64,000 nt of DNA from Actinomycetes bacterium (GCA_024222295.1 JAAEPF010000033.1:31691-95690), one strand, 5' to 3'; shown: positions 1 to 9,109, counted from the first letter of the stretch. Notes: a model not told the origin generated them from the sequence alone. Made by a program: numbers and translations.

Positions 1-447
1 TGCCCGAGCTACGGCGGTGACACGTTGTTCGCCAACACCCATGCCGCATGGGACTCGCTTTCCGGTGGGATGCGCAGCCTGCTGGCCGGTCGCCGCGCGT
101 TGCATGAGATCGGCCCCGGCTCCTCGTTCGAACACCCGGTGGTGATTGCCCACCCGGTCACGGGTCGCCCCGCACTCTTCGTCAACCGGATCTTCACCCG
201 CGGAATCACCAACCTGCCCCAAGAGGAGTCCGACGCGGTCCTGCCGTTCCTGATGGAGCACGTGTCGCGCCCCGAGTTCACCTACCGGCACCGCTGGCAG
301 GAGGGCGACGTCGTCATATGGGACAACTGGGCCACCCAGCACTACGCGGTGTTCGACTACGACGAGCAGCGCATCGCGCACCGCGTGGCCTTTATCGGCC
401 AGGCGCTCGAAGCTGCCGACGTGACGACGGGCCGAGTCGATGACTGA
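1..447 (+). CDS. TauD/TfdA-family Fe(II)/2-oxoglutarate dioxygenase, C-terminal part (5' end outside window)
   Basis: Frame 1 is open from base 1 (CPSYGGDTLFANTHAAW). The C-terminal block HPVTGRPALFVN...WQEGDVVIWDNWATQHYA matches the family by recall. Stop TGA at 445-447. Confidence 0.8.
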   Translation, partial: CPSYGGDTLFANTHAAWDSLSGGMRSLLAGRRALHEIGPGSSFEHPVVIAHPVTGRPALFVNRIFTRGITNLPQEESDAVLPFLMEHVSRPEFTYRHRWQEGDVVIWDNWATQHYAVFDYDEQRIAHRVAFIGQALEAADVTTGRVDD

Positions 448-958
448 AATCGACGGTTCCGCGCAGCTGCGTACGGTGGTGTTCCTGCTGGCGCGGCTGG
501 AACGGCTGAACGACGATCTCCTGACACAGGCGTGTCGCAGGCGCGGCATTTCCGCGGCCGAGTTCCGTGTGCTCGCCGTGTTGCGCCACGGCGCGGCCGG
601 CGAACCCGTGCGACCGACCACGATTGGCCGCTGGATCGTGCAGAGCACAGGTGGGCTGACGTCGACCCTCAAGAGGCTGGAGCAGGAGGGGCGCGTCGAG
701 AGGATCGAGGACCCCAACGACGGCCGGAGCCTGCTGGTGTCACTGACGCGCGACGGTGCCGACTTCTATGACGCCCTCCTGGCCGATGTCGAGTCGACGT
801 ATGCGGCGGTTCTGGGCGATGTCGACCTCGAGCAGCTCGCGGAGGCTGCCCAGAGCGCGCTGGCCGCCATGGAGCGTGCCGGGGGGCACGCGGACTCGGG
901 CTTGGCCCCGGTTGCACTCGGGCTGCGTAGCGCCGGTGAGGTGGGTACCGTCGGGTGA
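440..958 (+). CDS. MarR-family transcriptional regulator
   Basis: ATG 440 overlaps the upstream stop by 8 nt. Winged-helix block AEFRVLAVLRH...GGLTSTLKRLEQEGRVERIEDPNDGRSLLVSLT. Confidence 0.8.
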   Translation: MTEIDGSAQLRTVVFLLARLERLNDDLLTQACRRRGISAAEFRVLAVLRHGAAGEPVRPTTIGRWIVQSTGGLTSTLKRLEQEGRVERIEDPNDGRSLLVSLTRDGADFYDALLADVESTYAAVLGDVDLEQLAEAAQSALAAMERAGGHADSGLAPVALGLRSAGEVGTVG

Positions 959-1004
959 CGGTCGGAGTCGATCGGGTGATCCGCCGCCGGTCCGAGGAGG
1001 CGTA

Positions 1005-1784
1005 ATGCAGGTCGACAGGTACGAGCCGGGAACACCCAGCTGGGTCGATGTCAACGGACCCGACGTGAAGCGGCTGGCGTCGTTCTACTCGGAGCTGTTC
1101 GGTTGGGATGCAGAGGACCAGGGTGAGGAGGCCGGGCACTACACGATGTTTGCCCAGGGTGGCCGCTCGGTCGCCGCGGCCAGCCCCACACCTCCGGGCA
1201 TGGAGGCCCCGCCGTCGTGGACGACCTACATCACCGTGGCCGATGCCGGCGCCACCACGGCAACGATCGCGGTGGCGGGCGGAGGGGTCATGGCCCCACC
1301 ATTCGACGTGTTCGACGCCGGGCGGATGGCCATTGCCACTGATCCCAGCGGGGGAGTGTTCGCCATCTGGCAGCCCGGCCGACACATCGGCGCCGAGTTG
1401 GTCAACGAGCCCTGCTCGCTGTGCTGGAACGAGCTCACCGTGCGCAACGCGGATGAGGTGCTCGAGTTCTACAGCGCCGTGTTCGGTTGGAGAGTCCACC
1501 TGCAGGACGGTGCCGACGCGCCATTCAAGTACCGCGAGCTGTACCTCGGGGACAAGCTCATAGGCGGCTGTATGGAGATGGACGACAGCTGGCCCGAGGG
1601 GATACCCACACACTGGATGGCGTACTTCGCCGTCGAGGACACCGATGCGACGGCCAAGCGGGCAGTCGAGGTGGGTGGCACCGTGTCGGTCGAGCCCTTC
1701 GACCTCCCGGTGGGACGCACGGCCGTGCTCAACGACCCAGCAGGTTCGGTGTTCTCCGTGATCAAGCTCAACGACGCGATCTGA
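1005..1784 (+). CDS. VOC/glyoxalase-family protein (two-domain)
   Basis: ATG 1005 follows GAGGAGG (994-1000). Two repeated VOC-like halves (FYSELFGWDAED..., FYSAVFGWRVHL...). The longer ORF start at 756 has no support. Confidence 0.75.
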   Translation: MQVDRYEPGTPSWVDVNGPDVKRLASFYSELFGWDAEDQGEEAGHYTMFAQGGRSVAAASPTPPGMEAPPSWTTYITVADAGATTATIAVAGGGVMAPPFDVFDAGRMAIATDPSGGVFAIWQPGRHIGAELVNEPCSLCWNELTVRNADEVLEFYSAVFGWRVHLQDGADAPFKYRELYLGDKLIGGCMEMDDSWPEGIPTHWMAYFAVEDTDATAKRAVEVGGTVSVEPFDLPVGRTAVLNDPAGSVFSVIKLNDAI

Positions 1785-1851
1785 CTCACGAGAGGCTGGG
1801 TGAGGACCGCCGGCTCGGCCCGGATCCGTTCCGTGGCCGGCTTCATCGCCC

Positions 1852-2694
1852 TCAGCCGCGTGGAACAAGCGCGAGCTGGCGCGACTGGGCCACGAGTCTG
1901 CCCTCGCTGTCCCAGACCAGGCCGTCCTCCTCGAGGAAGCCACTCGACACGATCCGGGTCGTGAACTCGCAGGCCAGCCAGCCCGGCGCAGGTCGGCAGC
2001 GGACATGGGCGGTGAACTCCAGTGTGGGGACCCAGGCCACGGGCAGGTCGGAGTTGAACACCGTGGGTGGGAACGCGTCGAGCACGCACAGCAGCCCGAG
2101 CGGGTCCACGTGCTCGCCGTCGGGCATTCGGAACCAGCCCCTGACGCGTGGGTCGCCACTGGGACGGCCGTGCCGGAACCCTGCGTCCGCGGGGTGAAGG
2201 CGCATGTCCACCTTGTGCATGAAGTTGGGCCCCTCGCCGCCTTCACCCACCGGCGGGGGAGCGCCGAGGCACTCCTCGACAGGCGGCAGGTCGGGGGGTT
2301 GCGCGTCGACGCGCAGCGGTCCGTCGGCCTCCGAGAGGTCCGCGAAGGACCCCAGCGCGCTCAGCAGGAGCTTGCCGTCACCCGCTCGGAGGTTGGCTGC
2401 GGCGGTCGCGAACCGGCGACCGACGCGCTGCGTGCTCACCTCGATGGTTGTGGGCCCCGGCGTGCCAGGTGAGAGGAAATGCCCGGTGATGCTCACCGGG
2501 TCGGGCCGGTCGAGCTCGATGGCGCACGCCCGGGCCACCGAGGCGAGCAGGTATCCACCGTTGGCGTTGCCGAGGATGTCCCAGCCATCTGCGACCTGCG
2601 AGCCGTAGACCGCTGTTGGCTGTGGATGCGTTGGCGCGGCCCCCTCGCGGCGCGTCACGGCGGTGGCTCGTGTGAACTCTCCTGGGTCGGTCAC
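1852..2694 (-). CDS. TesB-like acyl-CoA thioesterase (double hot-dog)
   Basis: GNANGGYLLASVARA motif plus a second hot-dog half (LLCVLDAFPP...EFTAHV). I prefer GTG 2694 (VTDPGEFTRATAV) over the longest start at 2844. Start is uncertain. Confidence 0.65.
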   Translation of the reverse strand: MTDPGEFTRATAVTRREGAAPTHPQPTAVYGSQVADGWDILGNANGGYLLASVARACAIELDRPDPVSITGHFLSPGTPGPTTIEVSTQRVGRRFATAAANLRAGDGKLLLSALGSFADLSEADGPLRVDAQPPDLPPVEECLGAPPPVGEGGEGPNFMHKVDMRLHPADAGFRHGRPSGDPRVRGWFRMPDGEHVDPLGLLCVLDAFPPTVFNSDLPVAWVPTLEFTAHVRCRPAPGWLACEFTTRIVSSGFLEEDGLVWDSEGRLVAQSRQLALVPRG

Positions 2695-2760
2695 GTCCCG
2701 CAGGGTATTGCGTGCAGCGGGTCGCCCGGAATCACCGCGGTCGGTTGCGCGTAGGATTCC

Positions 2761-3357
2761 TTGCTCGCAGTGGGATGGTTCACTGCCGGCCGGATGGCTC
2801 AGAGCACAAGCGAGGATGGCGATGACATCGGGACCATTTCCCAACCGGGTGACCGAGACGCTCAGTTCCTCACCGGCGATGGCACCGGAGCCAACATGAC
2901 CAGCATCTTCGCTCGGACGTCACCGACCGACGCTGGTATCACCGCTTCCGGTGCTCTCACCGTGGCCGACCAGGAGACCTTCCTCTCGGTCTTCGAGGCC
3001 AATGACAACGACCTGTCGAGGGCTGGTTTCTTCCTGAACCCGCAGGAGTGGGGCGACGTCCGTGGCGAGACCGCTTCGGGCACTGGGGAGTACCTCCTCA
3101 ACTCGACGCCGACCGCTGCGACCGCTCGCTCCATCTTCGGAGTCCCGGTCCACGTCTCGTCGGCCGTGCCCGCAGGAGAGGTCGCACTCGTCGACCTGTC
3201 CCGTGTTTACGTCGGTGTCCGTAAGGACGTCGAGGTCGAGTCGAGTCGTGACTTCCGGTTCTCGAACGACGAGACCGCCATCCTTGGCATCGTCCGTGCT
3301 GACATCGGTGTAGCCGAGGAAGCCTCGGTCGTCTACGACTCGGGTTGGAACGCCTGA
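2761..3357 (+). pseudogene. HK97-family phage major capsid protein, C-terminal fragment only (prophage remnant)
   Basis: FFLNPQEWGDVR...EYLLNS...SIFGVPVHVSSAVPAGEVALVDLSRVYVGVRKDVEVESSRDFRFSNDETAILGIVRADIGV matches the C-terminal half of the HK97 capsid family by recall. At most about 198 codons are open (first ATG 2896), against about 300-400 aa expected. No other phage genes are adjacent. Confidence 0.7.
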
Positions 3358-3767
3358 GTCATCTTCTAAGGCGACACGAGTAGTTCATGCTCGTTGAGCT
3401 ATGGCACCGGGGGTCTGTTTCGCCTCCGCTATTAGCGACGTCGCCTTTAGGTACCGGGCGAGGGCTGCGCCCGTTGAGACGGCCGACCGGGATTGAGTTG
3501 CTCGGTCACCGTCGAAGTACCCCGACGAGTCGGAGGTGGTTGGGATGGGTCCGCCCATCCCGTCACCTCCGGCTCTCTGGTTCTCTCGGGCCGGGTGACG
3601 GCTCCCTCGGACCCTGTAGCTCGTGGCCCCATCCACCGGCTCGTCGTGGTCCAGCACCTCGATCGAGGTTGCCTCCTCCTCGTCGCCACCCGGCCCGGTC
3701 AACTCTCGCCGCACTTCGTCGGCTGCCTCGGCGGCCCAGGGTCCCCAGCTGGACGGGCCGACCGCCT

Positions 3768-4568
3768 TCAGACGGAGACCTGATCTTCGGACAGGGGATG
3801 GCCGGACGGCTCGATCGAGTAGCCGTCATCGCGGGACTTGGATATCGCAATGGCCAGAATTAGGAGGCCGAACAGCGGCTTCGCCAGCACGTCTGCGATC
3901 GAATAGCCCACCTGCCGGGCTACCTCGGCAGTCGCCTCATTGTCGATGACCGAGGGAGCGATATAGGCGAGGGGGTACACACCCCAGGTCAACAGGAGCA
4001 GGAACCGGAGCCCTTCGACGATCTTGCGCACACCAGCGCTCTGCCGATCGAGAGAACGGCCGAGCTCAACAAAGAGCACGTACAGGATGTAAAGGAAGGG
4101 AATCGTGGACAGAACTGCCCACACGGTCCGTGCGGTCGAGTCAGGGTCCGACAGCTCCCCAGGCCACCCGAGAACGATCATTGCGATGGCGGCGATGGTC
4201 AGTCGGATGAGAAGGCTCCGTGTCTTGGCGGGTGCCAGCTTCAACACGACGACTAGTTCCGCAAGCAAGAGCGGAACCGTGAGCAGCCAGTCGACATAGC
4301 GGTACCCCTCGTTGAACGGCTCACCGTCCTGCACGTACTCGCCCCCGACAAATGTGAACGCAGCCGACCAAGAATCGAATATCCGAACGTAGTGGTAGAG
4401 AGCGATCCCGACTACCAGGGTCGACAGTGTGATGGCCATGCGGTGCCAGGGTGCGACCCGATTCCTCACGAGAATGAAGAACACAAAGGCAGCGCCCATG
4501 CAGGCGATTGCGAACGAGAAGCTGTTGTAGACCAAGTTGTATTGGGTTTCTGTCAGTACGAGCTCCAT
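3768..4568 (-). CDS. Microbial rhodopsin, xanthorhodopsin/actinorhodopsin-like light-driven proton pump (DTE motif)
   Basis: 266 aa, 7-TM. RYVDWLLTVPLLLAEL gives D93/T97/E104. Schiff-base Lys K230 and counterion D226 lie in YSIADVLAKPLFG. H59 lies in YHYVR. L101 occupies the spectral-tuning site. SD AAGGAG sits 5 nt upstream of ATG 4568. Near-collinear with the Salinibacter xanthorhodopsin sequence as I recall it. Confidence 0.93.
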   Translation of the reverse strand: MELVLTETQYNLVYNSFSFAIACMGAAFVFFILVRNRVAPWHRMAITLSTLVVGIALYHYVRIFDSWSAAFTFVGGEYVQDGEPFNEGYRYVDWLLTVPLLLAELVVVLKLAPAKTRSLLIRLTIAAIAMIVLGWPGELSDPDSTARTVWAVLSTIPFLYILYVLFVELGRSLDRQSAGVRKIVEGLRFLLLLTWGVYPLAYIAPSVIDNEATAEVARQVGYSIADVLAKPLFGLLILAIAISKSRDDGYSIEPSGHPLSEDQVSV

Positions 4569-4825
4569 TGCTGCTCCTTTAGTTTCGTGCCCACGCCGAC
4601 TCGTGTGTCACACCTATTCCTTCGATCTCATCAGCAATATGGATGCGGTTCCACATGCCGGTGCAGGTATGTGTACGAGCTTCACTCTTCTCGTCGTCCA
4701 CCGTGTCGGGCGTCGGCGACGGGGGTACCGGATAGCGGAAGGCCGGTCCGAAGTTCAACGACCACCGCCTCCCTGAGCGCCCCTGCCTCCCCGCTTTCGC
4801 ACACGCCCTGAGTATCGGCGTCGCT

Positions 4826-5428
4826 TCAGATGAAGATGTCGACGTCGATGAACGGGTCGTCTGCGTAGGAGGCCGCCCAGAGTGGCCCGACGTCAGTCGC
4901 TGGATCGCTGATGGCAGCCCCGTTCACGAAGACAGTGTCGGTGAAGTAAGGCTCGAACGGCGGGGGTTCAACTTGGGCCTCGATCTGGACCACAGTGCTG
5001 CGTACGCCGCTAGTGCTGGGGTCCAGCTGGAGGAACGCCTCCAGGCCCTGGTCAGCTCTCCACACGAAGATCGAGCCTTCAGCGGTTTTGACTCCGGCGG
5101 CGTTGCCAACGATGACTGGGTCGGAGGCGCCTACGTGAGTAGTTGAGCCGAACTCACCGAACTCAGGAGCCGTAAGACCCAAGGGGTACTGAACAAGAAC
5201 CGCTGTGTCACCCGCCGAGTGGACCCCATCACCATTGGTGTCCATCAGTCTTGCGATCAGCACGTCGGACCCCGTCGGGTCGTAGCCATCGACGCCGTCG
5301 AGGTTGGAGTAAGCGACAGCCAGCATCTCGGGCTCGGCCGGTGGCCCGTCTGCGGGCGGACCGACACAACCTGCAGCAACCAACGTCAAGGCTACAGACG
5401 CTGCCACAGCAGCGAAGGTCTTCTTCAT
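4826..5428 (-). CDS. Lipoprotein of unknown function
   Basis: Signal peptide plus lipobox (LTLVAAGC). DTNGDGVHSAGD is a Ca-binding-like loop. No family recognised. Confidence 0.65.
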   Translation of the reverse strand: MKKTFAAVAASVALTLVAAGCVGPPADGPPAEPEMLAVAYSNLDGVDGYDPTGSDVLIARLMDTNGDGVHSAGDTAVLVQYPLGLTAPEFGEFGSTTHVGASDPVIVGNAAGVKTAEGSIFVWRADQGLEAFLQLDPSTSGVRSTVVQIEAQVEPPPFEPYFTDTVFVNGAAISDPATDVGPLWAASYADDPFIDVDIFI

Positions 5429-5590
5429 CGTGGTCTCCCTCCAAGGCTTCCTCGAGTGAGAACACGATGACCATGGTTGCGTTGTACGGAACTATGCGAG
5501 GTTGAACAACTAACCGAATACTGGGCTCCGTCGGTCGTGTTCCGTTCCCTGACACGGTCGAGGGAGTCTTCTTCGTTCTATGGTGCCTCG

Positions 5591-6526
5591 ATGTTCTCGA
5601 ATCGTGCCACTGACCTCATGGGCGTGGAATACCCGATCCTTCAAGCTCCTATGGGCTGGATCGCTCGGTCCGAGCTTGCCTCCGCAGTCTGCGAAGCCGG
5701 AGCGATGGGTTGTATCGAGACGTCCTCGGGCGAACTCGACGTCATCCAAGAGGAGATTCGGAAGATGCGGGACCTCACCGACAAGCCGTTCTCTGTCAAC
5801 ATCGCCCAGGCCTTTGTGAGCGATCCTGCGATCGTCGACTTCGTGATCGAGCAGGGAGTGCGCTTCGTGACCACCTCGGCGGGCAGCCCGATGAAGTACA
5901 CGGCGCAGCTCAAGGAAGCCGGCCTCACTGTGTTCCACGTGGTGCCGACCCTGCGGGCGGCCCACAAGGCGGTCGAGGCCGGTGTCGACGGGCTGATCGT
6001 GGAAGGTGGAGAGGGTGGTGGATTCAAGAACCCGCGGCCCGTGTCGTCGATGGTGCTGCTGCCTCTCGTGGTGCAGTCGGTCGACGTGCCGGTGATCGCG
6101 GCCGGTGGTTTCCTCGACGGCCCGACCATGGCGGCCGCGCTGGCGCTGGGAGCCGAAGGCATCCAGCTCGGTACACGCATGGTGTCAGCCGCCGAGTCGC
6201 CGGTGCACGACAACTGGAAGAAGTCGATCCTCGACGCGGCCGAGACCGACACGGTGTTTCTCAACTCACACACGTCACCCGCCTTGCGGGCGCTGCGGAC
6301 CGGCCGGACATCGGCGCTCGAGTTCGACCGCGAGAGCAACGCGATGGCGGCGTTCAACGTCAAGGACCTCTACTTCGGCGGCGACATGGAGTCGGGCGTT
6401 GCATTGTCGGGCCAGGTCGCAGGCCGCATCGACGAGGTGAAGCCGGTCGCGGAGATCATCGACGAGTGCGTCAACGGCTGCCTCGACACGATCGAGACAA
6501 TGGCCGGCCAGTACGGGCGCAGCTGA
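5591..6526 (+). CDS. Nitronate monooxygenase (NMO/2-nitropropane dioxygenase family, FMN TIM barrel)
   Basis: MFSNRATDLMGVEYPILQAPMGWI, GGEGGGF and PVIAAGGF motifs. ATG 5591 chosen over the longer ORF start at 5477. Confidence 0.8.
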   Translation: MFSNRATDLMGVEYPILQAPMGWIARSELASAVCEAGAMGCIETSSGELDVIQEEIRKMRDLTDKPFSVNIAQAFVSDPAIVDFVIEQGVRFVTTSAGSPMKYTAQLKEAGLTVFHVVPTLRAAHKAVEAGVDGLIVEGGEGGGFKNPRPVSSMVLLPLVVQSVDVPVIAAGGFLDGPTMAAALALGAEGIQLGTRMVSAAESPVHDNWKKSILDAAETDTVFLNSHTSPALRALRTGRTSALEFDRESNAMAAFNVKDLYFGGDMESGVALSGQVAGRIDEVKPVAEIIDECVNGCLDTIETMAGQYGRS

Positions 6527-6650
6527 GGACCCGCACGTTGCCACGGGCGCCGATGGACGGGTTCGCGCGTGCCCCCGGTAGGCTTGAACGGTGCGTTCAG
6601 GGGTACCAAAGGGTGCTCACCGCGCTGGCGCAGGGGAACTCCACACGGGG

Positions 6651-8150
6651 TTGACGCGCGGTAGGCAGGGTCGGCTGACAGTCGTTCGCGCCCTCGCGGC
6701 CGGCGCAGCAGGACTGCTCGTGGCTTCGGTGGCCCAGCCGAGCGGCGTTTCCGCCCAGGAGGGTGGCGCAGCCCCGACGACGACGGCCACGACGCTCGTC
6801 GATCCGCCGCCGAGCACCACGAGTACCACGCAGCCGCCGGGAACCACAACGACGACGACCACGACCGCACCCGGTGGCGGCAGCCCGGAGGATCCGGGCG
6901 ACGGTTTCACGATCCCCGAGGCACCGGAGCGCGAGACGCCCCCAGAGGACCCTGCCCCGCCAGACCGCCCCAGCCGCGACGAGTTGATACCACCCCCGAT
7001 CGACCTCACTTCGCTCAACCAGGTGGTCGAGACCCGCCGGGCAGAAGCCACAGCGGGCGCGCGACTGCTCGCAGATGCAGCAAACGCCGACGCCGCGGCC
7101 AAGGTGGCCGCCAGCCAGGCGACGCTCGACTCCGAGGCGGCGCTCGTGCCGGCCGCCGACGAACTCGTGGAGTCCGCACGGGCGGCAGAACGCTCGGCGG
7201 TGACGGCACTAGAGCGGGCACGTGACCGCACGGGTGACCTTGCGATCGAGTCCTACAAGCTAGCCGTGGCAGGTCGCGAAGTCACGATGAACGCAACCGC
7301 CGATGCCATCGTGAGCATGGACGGCTACGACGACTTCGTGAAGACCTCGCAGTATTCCGGCGCAGCGTGGACAGCACTCACAAACGCGGTGTCCGAGGCC
7401 GAGGTGGCCCTCGTGGCCGCTGAGAGTGCAACGGCCGATGCCCTCGAGGAGCGCACCCGCCTCGAGCGTCGCATCACCGAGGCGCGCTTCGCGCTCGAGC
7501 GTGCGACGGCCGAGGCGGTCGAGGTCGCCGAGATGGGTGAACAGCTGATCGCCGAGGCAGCAAAGATCGGCGAGGATCTGGCCTTCGAGGGCCTCGGGCC
7601 GACCATCCTCGGCGAGACCATTCTCGGCCCCGAGGACCTGGCCGGGTTCTCACAGCGGCGCCCCGGGGCGCCGCCCTACGACAAGCTCCTCGAACTGGCC
7701 GGCTTCTTCGTCGAGGAAGGCGAGTCCGAAGGGGTGCGTGGTGACATCGCCTGGGCGCAGTCGATCCTCGAGACCGGCAACTTCGGCTACCGGGGGTCGA
7801 TGGTGTCGACCAGCGACAACAACTACGCGGGGATCGGCGCATGCGACAGCTGCTCATCGGGATTCCGATACAAGTCGCCACGACTCGGTGTGCGAGCGCA
7901 GATGCAGCTGCTGCGGGCCTATGCCGATGACAACCTGACAACAGACCAGCTCGGCAACCCACCCGTCGGCCGTGCCCCCGAGCGGGTCGGAGTGCGGGGG
8001 TGCTGTGACACGTGGATGGAGCTGTCAGGGGTGTGGGCAACAGGCCCCGGCTACGGAGTGAAGATCCTGACGCTCTACAACGAGATGCTTTCCTTCGCCG
8101 CGGCGCGGCAGAGGTCAGAGGCCGCCCTGGGCGCCGCTGGCGGCCAGTGA
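6651..8150 (+). CDS. Secreted cell-wall hydrolase with C-terminal glucosaminidase (LytD/FlgJ-type) domain
   Basis: Signal-like N-terminus (RLTVVRALAAGAAGLLVASVAQPSGVSAQ), a P/T-rich linker and a long Ala-rich coiled region. The C-terminal DIAWAQSILETGNFGY...DNNYAGIGA block is glucosaminidase-like. Start is TTG 6651 or 6591, uncertain. Confidence 0.7.
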   Translation: MTRGRQGRLTVVRALAAGAAGLLVASVAQPSGVSAQEGGAAPTTTATTLVDPPPSTTSTTQPPGTTTTTTTTAPGGGSPEDPGDGFTIPEAPERETPPEDPAPPDRPSRDELIPPPIDLTSLNQVVETRRAEATAGARLLADAANADAAAKVAASQATLDSEAALVPAADELVESARAAERSAVTALERARDRTGDLAIESYKLAVAGREVTMNATADAIVSMDGYDDFVKTSQYSGAAWTALTNAVSEAEVALVAAESATADALEERTRLERRITEARFALERATAEAVEVAEMGEQLIAEAAKIGEDLAFEGLGPTILGETILGPEDLAGFSQRRPGAPPYDKLLELAGFFVEEGESEGVRGDIAWAQSILETGNFGYRGSMVSTSDNNYAGIGACDSCSSGFRYKSPRLGVRAQMQLLRAYADDNLTTDQLGNPPVGRAPERVGVRGCCDTWMELSGVWATGPGYGVKILTLYNEMLSFAAARQRSEAALGAAGGQ

Positions 8151-9109
8151 AGGCCGAGCAGCTCGAAGAGGCGGCAGCGACGGCGCCTTCGGAGGTGCTG
8201 ACACCGATCCCGGGTCGCCACATCGACCATGAGCCGAAGCCCAAGCCACGGAAGGTCGCCGACCTCGAGCAGGACAGGGCATGGATGGGCATCGCATGGG
8301 GCATGTTCATGCGGTTCAGGACGGCCCGCGCACCCCTGATGGCCGCCGGTACCGCCTACTACGGGTTCATCGCGATGTTCTCGCTGCTCGCCTTCGCATA
8401 CGGCATGGCCGCGCTGCTCAACGCCGACGCGATCGCCAACTGGCTGACCGACGCCCTGAAGGATGCACTGCCTGGGCTCATCGGCGACAAGGGCATCGAT
8501 CCCTCCACGCTGGAGCGGATCGGCCGAACGACGTCGGTCGTCGGCCTTTTGCTGCTTGCGGTCAGCGGTTCGGCTGTGATGGCCGGCGCCAGCGATTCAC
8601 TGCACCAGGTTTACGGAGCTCCGCCGGATGGCCGTAATCCGGTGGCGAGGCGCATGCACCTGTTCGGATGGCTCATGGTCATGGGTCCCCTGGTCGTCAT
8701 CTCCTATTCGATGACCACGGCAGTTGCAGGTTTCGGCTCCGACATCCTCGACGACCTCGGCATCAGCGGCGGTTTCGTTCGCTTCCTGATGGTGTCGGCC
8801 GGCGCAATCCTCACATTCGCGCTCGACGTGGGCATCACGGCCCTGTTGCTCTCACGGCTCGGCGGTATCGCGCCCGGGCGAAGGGCGCTGCTGCCGGGAG
8901 CCCTGCTCGGTGCCGTCATCATCACGGCCCTGAAGGCCCTGATGGCTGTGATCGTGTCGTGGTCGGTGGGGCGCCCGCAGTACGGGTCGTTCGCCGTTCC
9001 AGTCACGGTGCTGGTCGTGCTCTGGCTCCAGGCCATGGCCCTCTATGCGGCTGCCGCGCTGACCGCCTCGACGGCTTGCTCACTCGCAAACCGCGACGGC
9101 GGCGACTAG
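8147..9109 (+). CDS. YihY/BrkB-family membrane protein
   Basis: FRTARAPLMAAGTAYYGFIAMFSLLAF plus multiple TM segments. In-frame GTG 8147 overlaps the upstream TGA (GTGA). Confidence 0.7.
   Translation: MKAEQLEEAAATAPSEVLTPIPGRHIDHEPKPKPRKVADLEQDRAWMGIAWGMFMRFRTARAPLMAAGTAYYGFIAMFSLLAFAYGMAALLNADAIANWLTDALKDALPGLIGDKGIDPSTLERIGRTTSVVGLLLLAVSGSAVMAGASDSLHQVYGAPPDGRNPVARRMHLFGWLMVMGPLVVISYSMTTAVAGFGSDILDDLGISGGFVRFLMVSAGAILTFALDVGITALLLSRLGGIAPGRRALLPGALLGAVIITALKALMAVIVSWSVGRPQYGSFAVPVTVLVVLWLQAMALYAAAALTASTACSLANRDGGD

Noticed and set aside
669-2246. Long ORFs in alternative frames or antisense to annotated genes. Examples: 669-2246(-), 13749-14942(+), 18374-19345(+), 41281-42858(-), the 45990-47309 part of the 809-aa ORF, 50326-51732(+), 51751-53433(+).
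   Set aside because: Their translations are Arg/Pro/Gly/Ala-rich with no motifs. Each overlaps a gene with clear family signatures. Stop-poor off-frames are expected at this G+C.
2695-2844. Longest-ORF start (2844) for the thioesterase, which would overlap the capsid fragment.
   Set aside because: The extra 50 residues have no similarity to the family N-terminus, and the GTG at 2694 gives the typical start. This remains uncertain.
3385-3714. 109-codon ORF downstream of the rhodopsin, considered as a feature.
   Set aside because: Codon usage degrades toward the 3' end and I recognise no family. It is not reported as a CDS and is listed only as a finding to test.
6760-6990. Repetitive-looking ACG/ACC/CCG-rich DNA.
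   Set aside because: It encodes the Pro/Thr-rich linker of the secreted cell-wall hydrolase. This is low-complexity coding sequence, not a repeat element or CRISPR.
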